Of a DNA stretch of 36,585 nucleotides, positions 26,843 through 35,589 are shown one piece after another. The position numbers and the translations under genes were made by a program. The first letter of the stretch is position 1; each line of letters opens with the position of its first letter. A model generated the notes under the pieces. That model saw nothing but the letters and a program-made list of their open reading frames with translations, made no database searches and was not told the DNA's origin. Origin of the DNA: a virus (taxonomy: Duplodnaviria; Heunggongvirae; Uroviricota; Caudoviricetes); the IMG/VR virus record IMGVR_UViG_2778261448_000005. One strand, given 5' to 3'.

Positions 26843-29659
26843 TCAATCTTTATCGTAAAAACTGCCACGCCCGGCACGGGCGCGCCGTTCCATTTCTGCC
26901 CTGACCATTTCACCGACCAGTTTCGCCAGTTCGCGGGGATTCTGCGTAACAACGTTATGCAGATGAACATGAATTTCACCACCAAATCCGGAGACAACAG
27001 GCTCCCGGTTACGGGAAGTTGCAGGAACTGATGCCACTGGCGATCGTATGGCCTCCGCCACCGGACGGGAGCTGGCCGCAACAACAGGGACCAGCGCCGG
27101 AGGCAGAGGAGCCGGGACTACGGGTGTGATGTTGATTGCGGAAGCAGGCTTACTGGCCTGCGCAATCTTCCGCTCCTGCCACTCCCCACGAACGGCAAGT
27201 GCGCGGGGCAGATTCTTAAAGACAATATCACCGGGGCCAATGCGTTTTTTCGTCTCATCAACCAGCTTACCTGTGTTATCAGCAATTTTGCTGAGTCTGC
27301 GTAGCGTACCGGTATTGCTGTCTGTGAGTGGTTTGTCGTCTTTGGGTTTATCACCTCCGGTGCCATTGCCATTTTCCACAGGCTTCGGCGGATTGATTTT
27401 CGCCAGGTCCCCCTGAAGCAAGGCAACCTTGTCCTGAAGAATGGCCGCACGCTGTGCGTCTTCAATTTTCTTGCGCGCCCTTTCCGCTTCATCCGGAAGG
27501 ACGCCAAGTTTTTCAAGTATCCACGCCAGCGTATCCAGTAGCATTTTTGCAGGTGTCAGAACAAGCTGTAACGCACCGCCAAGAACGTTACCGAATATCT
27601 CGCCAGCACTGGTACATTTATCCAGCGTTTCCTTACTGGACTCCATCGGTGACAGCAGCGATTTAAACCAGTTAAACACCTAGCTGATCCCGCTTCCGAT
27701 TGCGTCAAAAAAAGGGCCAAACCGTTCAAAGGTTTCGCGTAACGGAGCCAGCCGTTCCATAATCCCACTGAACACCCCTGCATAAAACGCCTTGATGGGT
27801 TCCCAGTATTTCCAGATGAGAACCGCCGCAGCCACAAACGTAGCAGCAATCAATCCGACCGGACTGAACAGCGCCCCGATAGCGCCTCCCAGTAACGAAA
27901 TGGAACCCGTCACCATTCCCCATAATGCAGGCAGAACCCTGACAACATTCAATGATCCGGTCAGGAGGGAAAAACCAAGACGCAGTTTTGCCAGTGGGCC
28001 AGCAAGCACACCAATAGCCAGCGACAACGAGCCTATGGTTGCAGTCATTGCCAGCAGAGCACCGCCTGCAACCAGTAGCTGGCGCGTCAGTGCCGGATGG
28101 GCCTGCGCCAGCGCCGTCACCTTCGATACCACCCGCGTGAGCCACTGCGTGACAGAACGCAGCGGACCGTCAATCAGATCTGCAATGCGGATGCGCAACC
28201 CTTCCCATGCACTGCCGAGTGATTTCAGATCGCCGTCAAGGTTGTTGGCCATAACCTTTGCTGTGCGTTCAGCCTCACCGCGCGCGCCTTCAAGTTCTTT
28301 TCTCAGTTTGGGTAAGGAGCCGTCACCTGCCGCATCAACGAGGGCCATAAATGATGTGAAAGCCTCTTCTCCGGCAATGTCCTTAAAGAACGATACCCGG
28401 TCAACTTCCCCGTATTTGCGGGTAGCTTTATAAAGGTCAGCCAGCACATCCTCCATCGGGCGCATTTTGCCGTTCGCGTCAGAAACAGCCACACCAAGCT
28501 CCTTCAGCGCCTCTGCTGCCGCCTTTGGCGGTGATGCCAGACGAGCCAGGCTGGCACGCATTGCCGTCCCGGCATCACTCCCTCTGATACCCATATTCGC
28601 CAACACGCCAGCCATCGCTGCGGCCTGCTCCAGCGATATTCCCAGCTTACCCGCCACCGGACCTGCATATTTCATGGTTTCGCCCAGTGCGCGAAGGTCA
28701 GTGTTGGTACGGGTAAATGCTGCGGTGAGCGTGTCGCCAACCCGGTCCATCTGGTCAGCAGAAAGGCCGAACTGCGTCAGGATATTTGAGCCAATATCCG
28801 CCGTCTCGCCGAGATCCATGCCGCCAGCCGTTGCCATGCTCAGCACGCCCGGAAGTGCAGCCTGAATGGCCTGCGGAGTGAAGCCAGCCATTGCAAGAAA
28901 TGCCTGCCCACTGGCGGCATCGCCTGCGGTGAACTGCGTTTCAGAGCCAAGTTTTAACGCCTGCTCACGCAGTGCCTTAAACTGCGGGCTGTTTTTGTCG
29001 ATTCGCGTCAGTGCCTGAACGCGGGACATCTCTTTGCCGAACCCGATCGCAGGCTGCAAAAAACGCCCGGCAGCATAGCCGCCCGCCGCTGCCGCACCAA
29101 TTGCCAGCGCACCACCTGTTTTCAGTTTTCCCGCTGTTTCCTGCGCGCGCGAATACCGCTCACGCGCCCGCGTTACACGCGCAAGCGCCTGCCGTTCGCG
29201 TTCAAGCTGGTTGTTGTACTGTTCGGTGCGTCTGATGGCCTGCTGGATGGTGTTATCGCTGCCTGTCAGGGAAATGCCGTGGCGTTTCAGCTCTCCGCCA
29301 AGCTCCCGCATTTTCTGAATTTCCCGTGTGCGCGATTCATTCAGGCGTTCAAGCCGGGTGCTTAACTGCTGCATCAGCTTTTGTTGTTTTTCGCTGAGCA
29401 CTGTACCCGTGCGTTGTAACTGATTAAGGGCGTTAAGCTGGCGTCGTGCTTTCACGATGCCAGCATCCGCTTTACTGACAGCGTCACGGGCGCGCTCAAA
29501 TGAACGCGCCTGACGCTCGAGATTTTTGATCGCCCCCTGCGTTCGCTGGATGGAGTCACCAAACTGCCCCATCAGGCGGCGGGCGTTTTCGGCAGGCCGG
29601 GTCAGCCTGTCAACGGCGCTGAAAGCGACCCGGATATCAAGAGTCTTCATTATCTGCAT
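26843..29659 (-). pseudogene. T: tail tape measure protein gpT, interrupted by a single in-frame TAG at 27680-27682
   Basis: ORFs 27680-29659 (659 aa) and 26843-27679 (278 aa) are contiguous and in the same frame across one amber codon, about 938 codons combined. Ala/Gly-rich coiled-coil-like composition typical of tape measures. Confidence 0.7.
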
Positions 29660-29903
29660 TCCCGCTGCGAAGTGCCGCCCGCTCGCGCCAGCTAACCACT
29701 TCGCCGGGCGTCATCATGAAGATTTCGGCGGGCGACCAGTTAAAAATGGCGGCAATATCCGCCACCAGATCTTCGATGTGCTCAAAGCACACCAGGGTGA
29801 TTACGCTGCCGTCTCCTGCACGCTCTTCGCGCCAGAGTCTGGCTCGCTCATAAAATTTACAGCCACAGCGCACAACTGAATAAAATCGCGTGACGACATT
29901 TTT
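29637..29903 (-). CDS. E-prime extension, minus-one frame product of the tail chaperone (E+E-prime fusion by programmed frameshift)
   Basis: The -1 frame is open from the A7 run at 29899-29905 (minus strand) to a stop at 29637 and overlaps the T start, as in P2 E/E+E-prime and lambda G/GT. Confidence 0.45.
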   Translation of the reverse strand, partial: KNVVTRFYSVVRCGCKFYERARLWREERAGDGSVITLVCFEHIEDLVADIAAIFNWSPAEIFMMTPGEVVSWRERAALRSGNADNEDS

Positions 29904-30175
29904 TTAATCATCACTTCATCCAGTCGTGGCGAGGTCACGCGAGGCAACAGCGTAAACATGGTATCCGCTTTCAGATTCAGCACATCAGACAGCGACAGAC
30001 CACGCAGGGATCCAGCCTGCTCAATAGCCCCGGTGATCTCCACATACGTGATTTTTTCGCCACCACGCTCAATTGGTCGGGTCAGTTTTACGCCACGTTC
30101 GACAGCCATATCCTCACCTGCCGTCACATCATCCGCCACGGTGTTATTCCGGGTTTCAGTATCGATGTCTTTCAT
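29801..30175 (-). CDS. E: tail assembly chaperone E, P2 gpE family
   Basis: Small ORF between the tube and tape measure genes, AAGGAGA RBS. An alternative internal start at 30109 also has an RBS. Confidence 0.7.
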   Translation of the reverse strand: MKDIDTETRNNTVADDVTAGEDMAVERGVKLTRPIERGGEKITYVEITGAIEQAGSLRGLSLSDVLNLKADTMFTLLPRVTSPRLDEVMIKKMSSRDFIQLCAVAVNFMSEPDSGAKSVQETAA

Positions 30176-30230
30176 CAGTTGTCTCCTTTTCAGTCAGAGG
30201 CGACGCACTGCGCCGCCTGCATATTACTTA

Positions 30231-30743
30231 TCAGCCAAGCCCAAGCGCGGAACGGATACGGTCAGGCACAATGTCCTTGCCGTCCTTCCGGTAGATGTGG
30301 TTCAACAGGTCGATTTCCCACAGCGGGCGATCGTTAACGCTCAGCTTGTAGTAGGTGTTTTTGACAGCGTAAGTGTGTGATGTGGCTTCGCCCTGTTTGG
30401 CTTCCCCCATATCAATTTCCGTCACACGCCCGCGCATCTCGATTTCATACAGATCGCTTTCTGCATCGGTGTAGTATTCACCCGCAAAACGCAGCAGCGT
30501 GCCGTCAATCGTGCCGCCATATTTAAGGAACAGCGCACGAACAGCTCCCCCCATGACAAAACTCGCATCAAGCGCGGAGTCGTCCAGACCGAGATCAATA
30601 CTTACCGCCCCCATCATGCCACCACCACGATAGCTGTCGGTTTTGCGCGTCAGTTTGGGCGGCGTGACGGATGTCACTTTACCCACTTCGTTTTCACCAT
30701 CCACAAACAACGTAAAAAAGCGAAGATGTTTTGGTACAGCCAT
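30231..30743 (-). CDS. FII: tail tube protein FII
   Basis: 170 aa (P2 FII about 172 aa), directly downstream of the sheath gene with a 1-nt overlap. Confidence 0.85.
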   Translation of the reverse strand: MAVPKHLRFFTLFVDGENEVGKVTSVTPPKLTRKTDSYRGGGMMGAVSIDLGLDDSALDASFVMGGAVRALFLKYGGTIDGTLLRFAGEYYTDAESDLYEIEMRGRVTEIDMGEAKQGEATSHTYAVKNTYYKLSVNDRPLWEIDLLNHIYRKDGKDIVPDRIRSALGLG

Positions 30744-31927
30744 CAGGCACCTCCCAGCACCGCAAATGCGGGACCAAAGAATTCATCAGTAAACGTCTGG
30801 TACAGCTCCATGTCTTCCAGCGGGGGAACAGGCGTATATTTGTAGCGAATACGCACACGTCCCTGACGTAAATTCGTGGTGCCGTTATCCACCACGTCAT
30901 ACCAGCACTCCGCACCAATCAGTTTCCCGGCAGTAACCAGCGAATCCAGTTTTGCCCTGATGGCGCTGATAACATCCTTCACGTTCGCAGGTGTCAGTGG
31001 ACTGTCGATGGTTTCAAACTGCGCTTCCGCAATTGAATCAGCCAGCACCTGTGCGGTTCGGGTATACACCTCAAAGATGTAGGCGTTCGTTTCCGGTGTG
31101 CGGTTGCCCCAGAAGCGGAACCCGTTGCGACGAATAATGGTCGTGATTTCTTTGTTGTTGAGGCTGTTGGCATCGCTGTCTTCGGCCTGCAACGACCAGA
31201 ACACATGCCTGGACATTCCCAGCACATTTTTAACCGGAACGTTGGACAGCGATTTGTGCCAGCCCTGCTCATGGTCAATGTACGCACGAAGGCCGCACGC
31301 ATAGGCAGGCGCGGGGAACGTTTCGTTTTTGCCACTTTTCGGGTTGTAGGCGATGAAGTCCGGCCATAAGAGCATCACCTCACGTTCGTTGAATTTCTGG
31401 CGGTAGGTAATCGCCTCAGCCATCGTGTTACAGCCGTGACATGAGGCATACACAAACGCGCGCAGTTTACCTGCAATCACGCACAGGGATTTTGTTACAG
31501 CCTCCGTGTCCAGCTCCGGCGCGGCCAGAATACGCGGACGGTATCCGATGCTTTCATCCTGCTCTGCAACAAGCAGCGCATACATCCCCGTATAGCTGCC
31601 GTCATCCTCAGAACCACCGATAACCAGTTGATCCTGCGTCTTTCCGTCTTCTTCTTTGTGTTCAGCCACGCGAACGACGATCACCTTTGTGCTCACCTGG
31701 TCTGCGATGGCCTTAAGCGCACGATAAAGCGTCCCCGTTGTCCCGCATTTTCCCAGCACGTCATTGACGCGGGTCAGCAGTGTGGGCTTATTCAGCGGGA
31801 ACAGCTTCGCGTCCGCATCATCCGCCGTTGCCACGATACCGATAACGCTGGAATCAACATCGTTAATCGCTGTTACCAGGTCGGTATTTTCCGTAACACG
31901 GGCACCATGAAAACGAGTTTCACTCAT
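30743..31927 (-). CDS. FI: contractile tail sheath protein FI
   Basis: 394 aa (P2 FI about 396 aa). N-terminal region parallels P2 FI (LNKP ... GTL ... AIADQ). Confidence 0.9.
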   Translation of the reverse strand: MSETRFHGARVTENTDLVTAINDVDSSVIGIVATADDADAKLFPLNKPTLLTRVNDVLGKCGTTGTLYRALKAIADQVSTKVIVVRVAEHKEEDGKTQDQLVIGGSEDDGSYTGMYALLVAEQDESIGYRPRILAAPELDTEAVTKSLCVIAGKLRAFVYASCHGCNTMAEAITYRQKFNEREVMLLWPDFIAYNPKSGKNETFPAPAYACGLRAYIDHEQGWHKSLSNVPVKNVLGMSRHVFWSLQAEDSDANSLNNKEITTIIRRNGFRFWGNRTPETNAYIFEVYTRTAQVLADSIAEAQFETIDSPLTPANVKDVISAIRAKLDSLVTAGKLIGAECWYDVVDNGTTNLRQGRVRIRYKYTPVPPLEDMELYQTFTDEFFGPAFAVLGGA

Positions 31928-32084
31928 AGCTTCAGCCCCTTGTATCCGTTAAATGATTCGGCAACAATCATCACCCACCACGCGCGTAATCTCACCCCTG
32001 CGCCGTTCTCCCGACCCGGCGACAACAAAAAGCAGTAACCCCCTCCGCACGCACATGCGACCATGCCGCACAGGGAGGGAACAG

Positions 32085-33194
32085 ATGACCGACACCACCA
32101 TGCAATTGCTCAGTCAGGGCACAGACCCCGTGAAAATGCCGGATTTTGATATTCTCGCGGAGGGTAAAACGCTGTCAGGCGTGGCAGAGCGCCTGATGAG
32201 CCTGTCACTGACCGACAACCGGGGATTTGAGGCGGACCAGCTCACCATCACGCTGGATGATGCGGATGGTCAGTTGCAGCTACCGCCACGGGGCGCGCGC
32301 CTGACGGTTCTCATTGGCTGGAAAGGAGAACCGCTGACAGAAAAAGGCACTTACATTGTTGATGAAATCGCTCACGAAGGACCGCCGGACAGGCTGACTG
32401 TTTCAGCCAGAAGCGCAGATTTTCGGGATGAATTTAACGTTAAACGTGAGGTGTCCTGGCATGATGTGACCGTTGAGCGTGTGGTATCCGCCATCGCTCA
32501 TCGGTATGGTCTGAAACCACAAATCAGCGAAATGCTGATGGATATCGAAATCGACCACGCCGACCAGACCGAAGAAAGCGACATGTCCTTCCTTACGCGC
32601 ATGGCGGAAATGCTGGGCGCAATCACCACGGTAAAAAGCGGCAATCTGTTATTCATCATGCCAGGTGGTGGCGTGAACGCACAGGGCCAGCCGTTGCCCT
32701 CGTTCGCCATTACACGCAGCAGCGGCGATCGCCATCAGTTCCGTATTGCTGACCGCGAGGCGTATACGGGGGTACGCGCCTACTGGCTTGATCTTAATTA
32801 CGGGGAAAAGAAAAAAGTCAGCGTGAAACGCCGCAAACCACCAAAACCCCAAAAGGAGAAAAGCAGCAGCCGTGAAGGTGATTATATGGAAGGCGCGGAA
32901 GGCAATGTGTTTGTGTTACGCAAGACCTATCAGAACGAACAGGCAGCAAGACGCGCAGCGGCGGCAAAGTGGCAGCAACTACAACGCGGAGCCGCATCAT
33001 TCTCCATCACGCTGGCGCGTGGACGTGCAGAACTCTACCCCGAAATGCATGGTACGGTAACAGGATTTAAAAGCGAGATTGATAATCAGGACTGGATCAT
33101 TGCAAAAGCCGAGCACACTATTGATAACAGCGGCTTTACCACGCAGCTTGAGCTTGAGGCAAAAATCCCGGAATGGATAGCGGAAACAGAGTGA
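32085..33194 (+). CDS. D: tail protein D (late control D family); start uncertain
   Basis: ORF-track frame 31953-33194, likely start at the internal Met (MTDTTMQ) near 32085. About 369 aa versus P2 gpD 387 aa. Directly upstream of ogr. Confidence 0.8.
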   Translation: MTDTTMQLLSQGTDPVKMPDFDILAEGKTLSGVAERLMSLSLTDNRGFEADQLTITLDDADGQLQLPPRGARLTVLIGWKGEPLTEKGTYIVDEIAHEGPPDRLTVSARSADFRDEFNVKREVSWHDVTVERVVSAIAHRYGLKPQISEMLMDIEIDHADQTEESDMSFLTRMAEMLGAITTVKSGNLLFIMPGGGVNAQGQPLPSFAITRSSGDRHQFRIADREAYTGVRAYWLDLNYGEKKKVSVKRRKPPKPQKEKSSSREGDYMEGAEGNVFVLRKTYQNEQAARRAAAAKWQQLQRGAASFSITLARGRAELYPEMHGTVTGFKSEIDNQDWIIAKAEHTIDNSGFTTQLELEAKIPEWIAETE

Positions 33195-33236
33195 GCAACT
33201 TAGAATAGCGGCAGCACCACGTTAAGGGAGGTCGCT

Positions 33237-33497
33237 ATGTTCCGTTGTCCGCTTTGTGGCGCATCTGCCCGTATCCGCACCAGTCGTCCGGAAAATGATT
33301 CAAACACCGTGCGGCAAAAGTATTACCAGTGTAACAATCTGGAATGCGGCGTATGCTTCTCAACACTGGAAGCCTTCCATAAATTCACATCAAAACACGC
33401 CTCCGGCGTTCACTCTTCAGAAGGTATCCCGTGGCATGAGCTGCCAGCTTCACACAGGGGAAACAATCAGATGAGTTTGCCTTTACCTCAGAATTAA
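33237..33497 (+). CDS. ogr: Ogr/Delta-family zinc-finger late-gene activator
   Basis: MFRCPLCG ... YYQCNNLECG Cys4 arrangement as in P2 Ogr, in the P2 ogr position after D. Confidence 0.75.
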   Translation: MFRCPLCGASARIRTSRPENDSNTVRQKYYQCNNLECGVCFSTLEAFHKFTSKHASGVHSSEGIPWHELPASHRGNNQMSLPLPQN

Positions 33498-33687
33498 CAG
33501 GCAGAATTGCCGGAGTAACAAAAAAGCGATAGATTACGCGCGGGTGCCTTTCGGCTGATGGTCGGAGGGAATACCCGATGGCCGGATGTGGAAAGGCCCC
33601 GGAAAACACTTTTGTTTAACCGAGGCCCTAACCGTCTACCCTAAGCAAGTGATAGGTTAGCGCCTCCCCGAAAAAGGAGCAAGCGCT

Positions 33688-33828
33688 ATGTCGCAAAAAT
33701 CGCTTACGGCCATCACGTTCTGCGTGACGGTAATCCTCATCATCTGGATGCTGCACGGTTCGCTGTGTGAAATACGGATGAGCTTCTGGGGAGCGGAGTT
33801 TGCGGCGTTCTTACAGTGTAAGCAGTAA
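33688..33828 (+). CDS. Hok/Gef-family type I toxin, 46 aa
   Basis: Not in the ORF track (under 60 aa). Translation MSQKSLTAITFCVTVILIIWMLHGSLCEIRMSFWGAEFAAFLQCKQ: N-terminal TM helix plus the conserved SLCEIR and AAF blocks. AAGGAG RBS upstream. Confidence 0.55.
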   Translation: MSQKSLTAITFCVTVILIIWMLHGSLCEIRMSFWGAEFAAFLQCKQ

Positions 33829-33837
33829 GGAAACCGC

Positions 33838-33859
33838 GACGGGGGAGTAATCCCCCGTC
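33838..33859 (+). terminator. stable GC-rich hairpin at the 3-prime end of the hok-like gene
   Basis: GACGGGGG-loop-CCCCCGTC, 9-bp stem. No clear U-run, so a terminator role is uncertain. Confidence 0.35.
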
Positions 33860-34090
33860 AATCGGTTGCCAGGGTAAGGTCGATAAGGCACCCTATCTCA
33901 CAGCTCTAAATGCCAAAATTCCATGAAACTGTGGGATTTTTGCATCACATACTGATACAGACCAGCCCTTCTATATGCCTCACTCTATACCAGCTAATCA
34001 ATTGACACTTATCAATAAAAATAAATCTGATAAAATCAAAATGTTTTGTAACAAATATCAACTCGTATTAATCCAAAGGAGGCGGATTAC

Positions 34091-34423
34091 ATGGCATTAA
34101 TCAAATGTCCTGAATGCCAGAAAGAGGTGAGCGATTCAGCATTGTATTGCCCTGCTTGTGGTAAACAACTGCAAAAACTTAAGCGTTCATTTTTTGGACG
34201 GATCATTAAGTGGGTTTTTATATTATTTAATATTTTTATGATCTATACGCTTTTAGTTGGACTAGGAGGCACTAGTGAAATAATAAATAATGCCACATCC
34301 GATGCCGAAAAAGCCGGTGCAGTTATTGGTACAGGCTTAGGTTTAATTACCATTGGAAGCTTATGGGTTATTGGCGATATCATTATCGGAATTTTAGTAT
34401 TTCTTACTAAACCAAAGGGATAA
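34091..34423 (+). CDS. zinc-ribbon membrane protein, AT-rich cargo
   Basis: N-terminal CPECQ ... CPACG zinc ribbon followed by two hydrophobic helices. GGAGG RBS. Low GC. Confidence 0.5.
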   Translation: MALIKCPECQKEVSDSALYCPACGKQLQKLKRSFFGRIIKWVFILFNIFMIYTLLVGLGGTSEIINNATSDAEKAGAVIGTGLGLITIGSLWVIGDIIIGILVFLTKPKG

Positions 34424-34427
34424 TAAA

Positions 34428-35321
34428 ATGAAAAATATAATTTTTTCTATAGGTGCATCATTTATATCAATTAGTGTACTGCCTGTTCAAGCAGCAACTG
34501 AACATAAGAACTTCAATGCAGTACTCCAGTGCCGAGCAATAGAAAATAATAAAGACAGACTTTCTTGTTACGATAAGTCAATACAACCGACTCGAACGAA
34601 AGTTGCTGAAAAATTCGAAAGCAGAGATCAATGCCCTGATGAGAAAGATGATGATAGACGTTTATCTTGTTATGATCGTTTCTTTTCTCCAACATTTACT
34701 CCATCTGTAAACTCAAAATCTAAAACGGAAAAGCCAGTAACAACAGAGGCTCAGCAACCAAATCTTTCTGAGATATCTAAATGTCGTGCAGAAAATGATA
34801 AAGAAGCCAGACTAAACTGCTACGATAAACTATTCCCACAGGATAAAATCGCTCAAGCTGAATCAAAATTAGAGAAAGCCACAGATGTAGGAAAATGGCA
34901 CACATCCATTACTACATCGCCAATTGATGATTCGAAAAATGTAATTTTATCGTTAGAAAGTGATGATTATATCAGAACTCCATTTGGAGAAGCGGTTACT
35001 CCTACTCTTTTTATAGCTTGCCGAGAAAAGAAAACCGAAGTATTTCTTAGTTGGGATGTATATTTAGGCCTTGAACAAACCAGCATGCTTTATCGCCTTG
35101 ATAAACAGAAAGCAGTTGAGCGAAACTGGCTAGTATCTACAGATACAAAGGCTGTTTTTTATAAAGGTAATGACATTGATTTCATCCGAAAACTAGCCAA
35201 CTCAAGCAAAATGTATACAAAAATAACGCCTTATAATGAGAGCCCCGTAAGTGCAACTTTCAATTTAAACGGCCTGTCAAACGCGCTAAAACCGCTTCAA
35301 GCTGCTTGTAACTGGAAATAG
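34428..35321 (+). CDS. secreted protein with three Cys-x(n)-RLSCYD repeats, AT-rich cargo
   Basis: Signal peptide (MKNIIFSIGASFISISVLPVQA). Three repeats (CRAIENNKDRLSCYDK, CPDEKDDDRRLSCYDR, CRAENDKEARLNCYDK), then a roughly 150-aa C-terminal domain. Low GC. Confidence 0.5.
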   Translation: MKNIIFSIGASFISISVLPVQAATEHKNFNAVLQCRAIENNKDRLSCYDKSIQPTRTKVAEKFESRDQCPDEKDDDRRLSCYDRFFSPTFTPSVNSKSKTEKPVTTEAQQPNLSEISKCRAENDKEARLNCYDKLFPQDKIAQAESKLEKATDVGKWHTSITTSPIDDSKNVILSLESDDYIRTPFGEAVTPTLFIACREKKTEVFLSWDVYLGLEQTSMLYRLDKQKAVERNWLVSTDTKAVFYKGNDIDFIRKLANSSKMYTKITPYNESPVSATFNLNGLSNALKPLQAACNWK

Positions 35322-35350
35322 TATTAAATCATGTGGCTTAGCCACAATCA

Positions 35351-35392
35351 CAGATAACACAAAGCCCGTGAAAACGGGCTTTGTGTTATCTG
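35351..35392. repeat. perfect 18-bp-stem palindrome, terminator or att-arm element
   Basis: CAGATAACACAAAGCCCG-TGAAAA-CGGGCTTTGTGTTATCTG, just downstream of the cargo gene and 12 bp before the candidate attR core. Confidence 0.5.
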
Positions 35393-35404
35393 TAACTCGA
35401 AAAT

Positions 35405-35423
35405 GTGGTCACTGCGTGGACAC
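35405..35423. repeat. candidate attR core, direct repeat of 11-29
   Basis: GTGGtCACTGCGTGGACAC, matching the copy inside the int 3-prime end. Confidence 0.4.
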
Positions 35424-35589
35424 GCGCTGACATAAATCCTTTTACATCAATAAATTAAGTCATCATTTTTTTCATCAACAAGGATTTTCACGTTTGTGTT
35501 ACCTGTATGAGACGAGAGTTAACCGGACAAGTGTGCCATAATCTCGCGGCCAGGCATACTTGCGAAGATTTCAGGTATAAGGATACGTA

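Larger units (their letters stand above)
11..35423. mobile_element. P2-like prophage; presence well supported, exact boundaries tentative
   Basis: Complete P2-type gene set in P2 prophage order (int-C-cox-early-A-cargo-cos-Q-P-O-N-M-L-X-lysis-R-S-V-W-J-I-H-G-cargo-U-T-E-FII-FI-D-ogr). Boundaries taken from the 19-bp imperfect direct repeat at 11-29 and 35405-35423. Confidence 0.8.

Noticed and set aside
31928-32084. Ogr-type late promoter dyads (TGT-N12-ACA) upstream of FI and D
   Set aside because: I could not find a dyad with the canonical 12-bp spacing by eye; the region probably holds divergent late promoters but I cannot place them.
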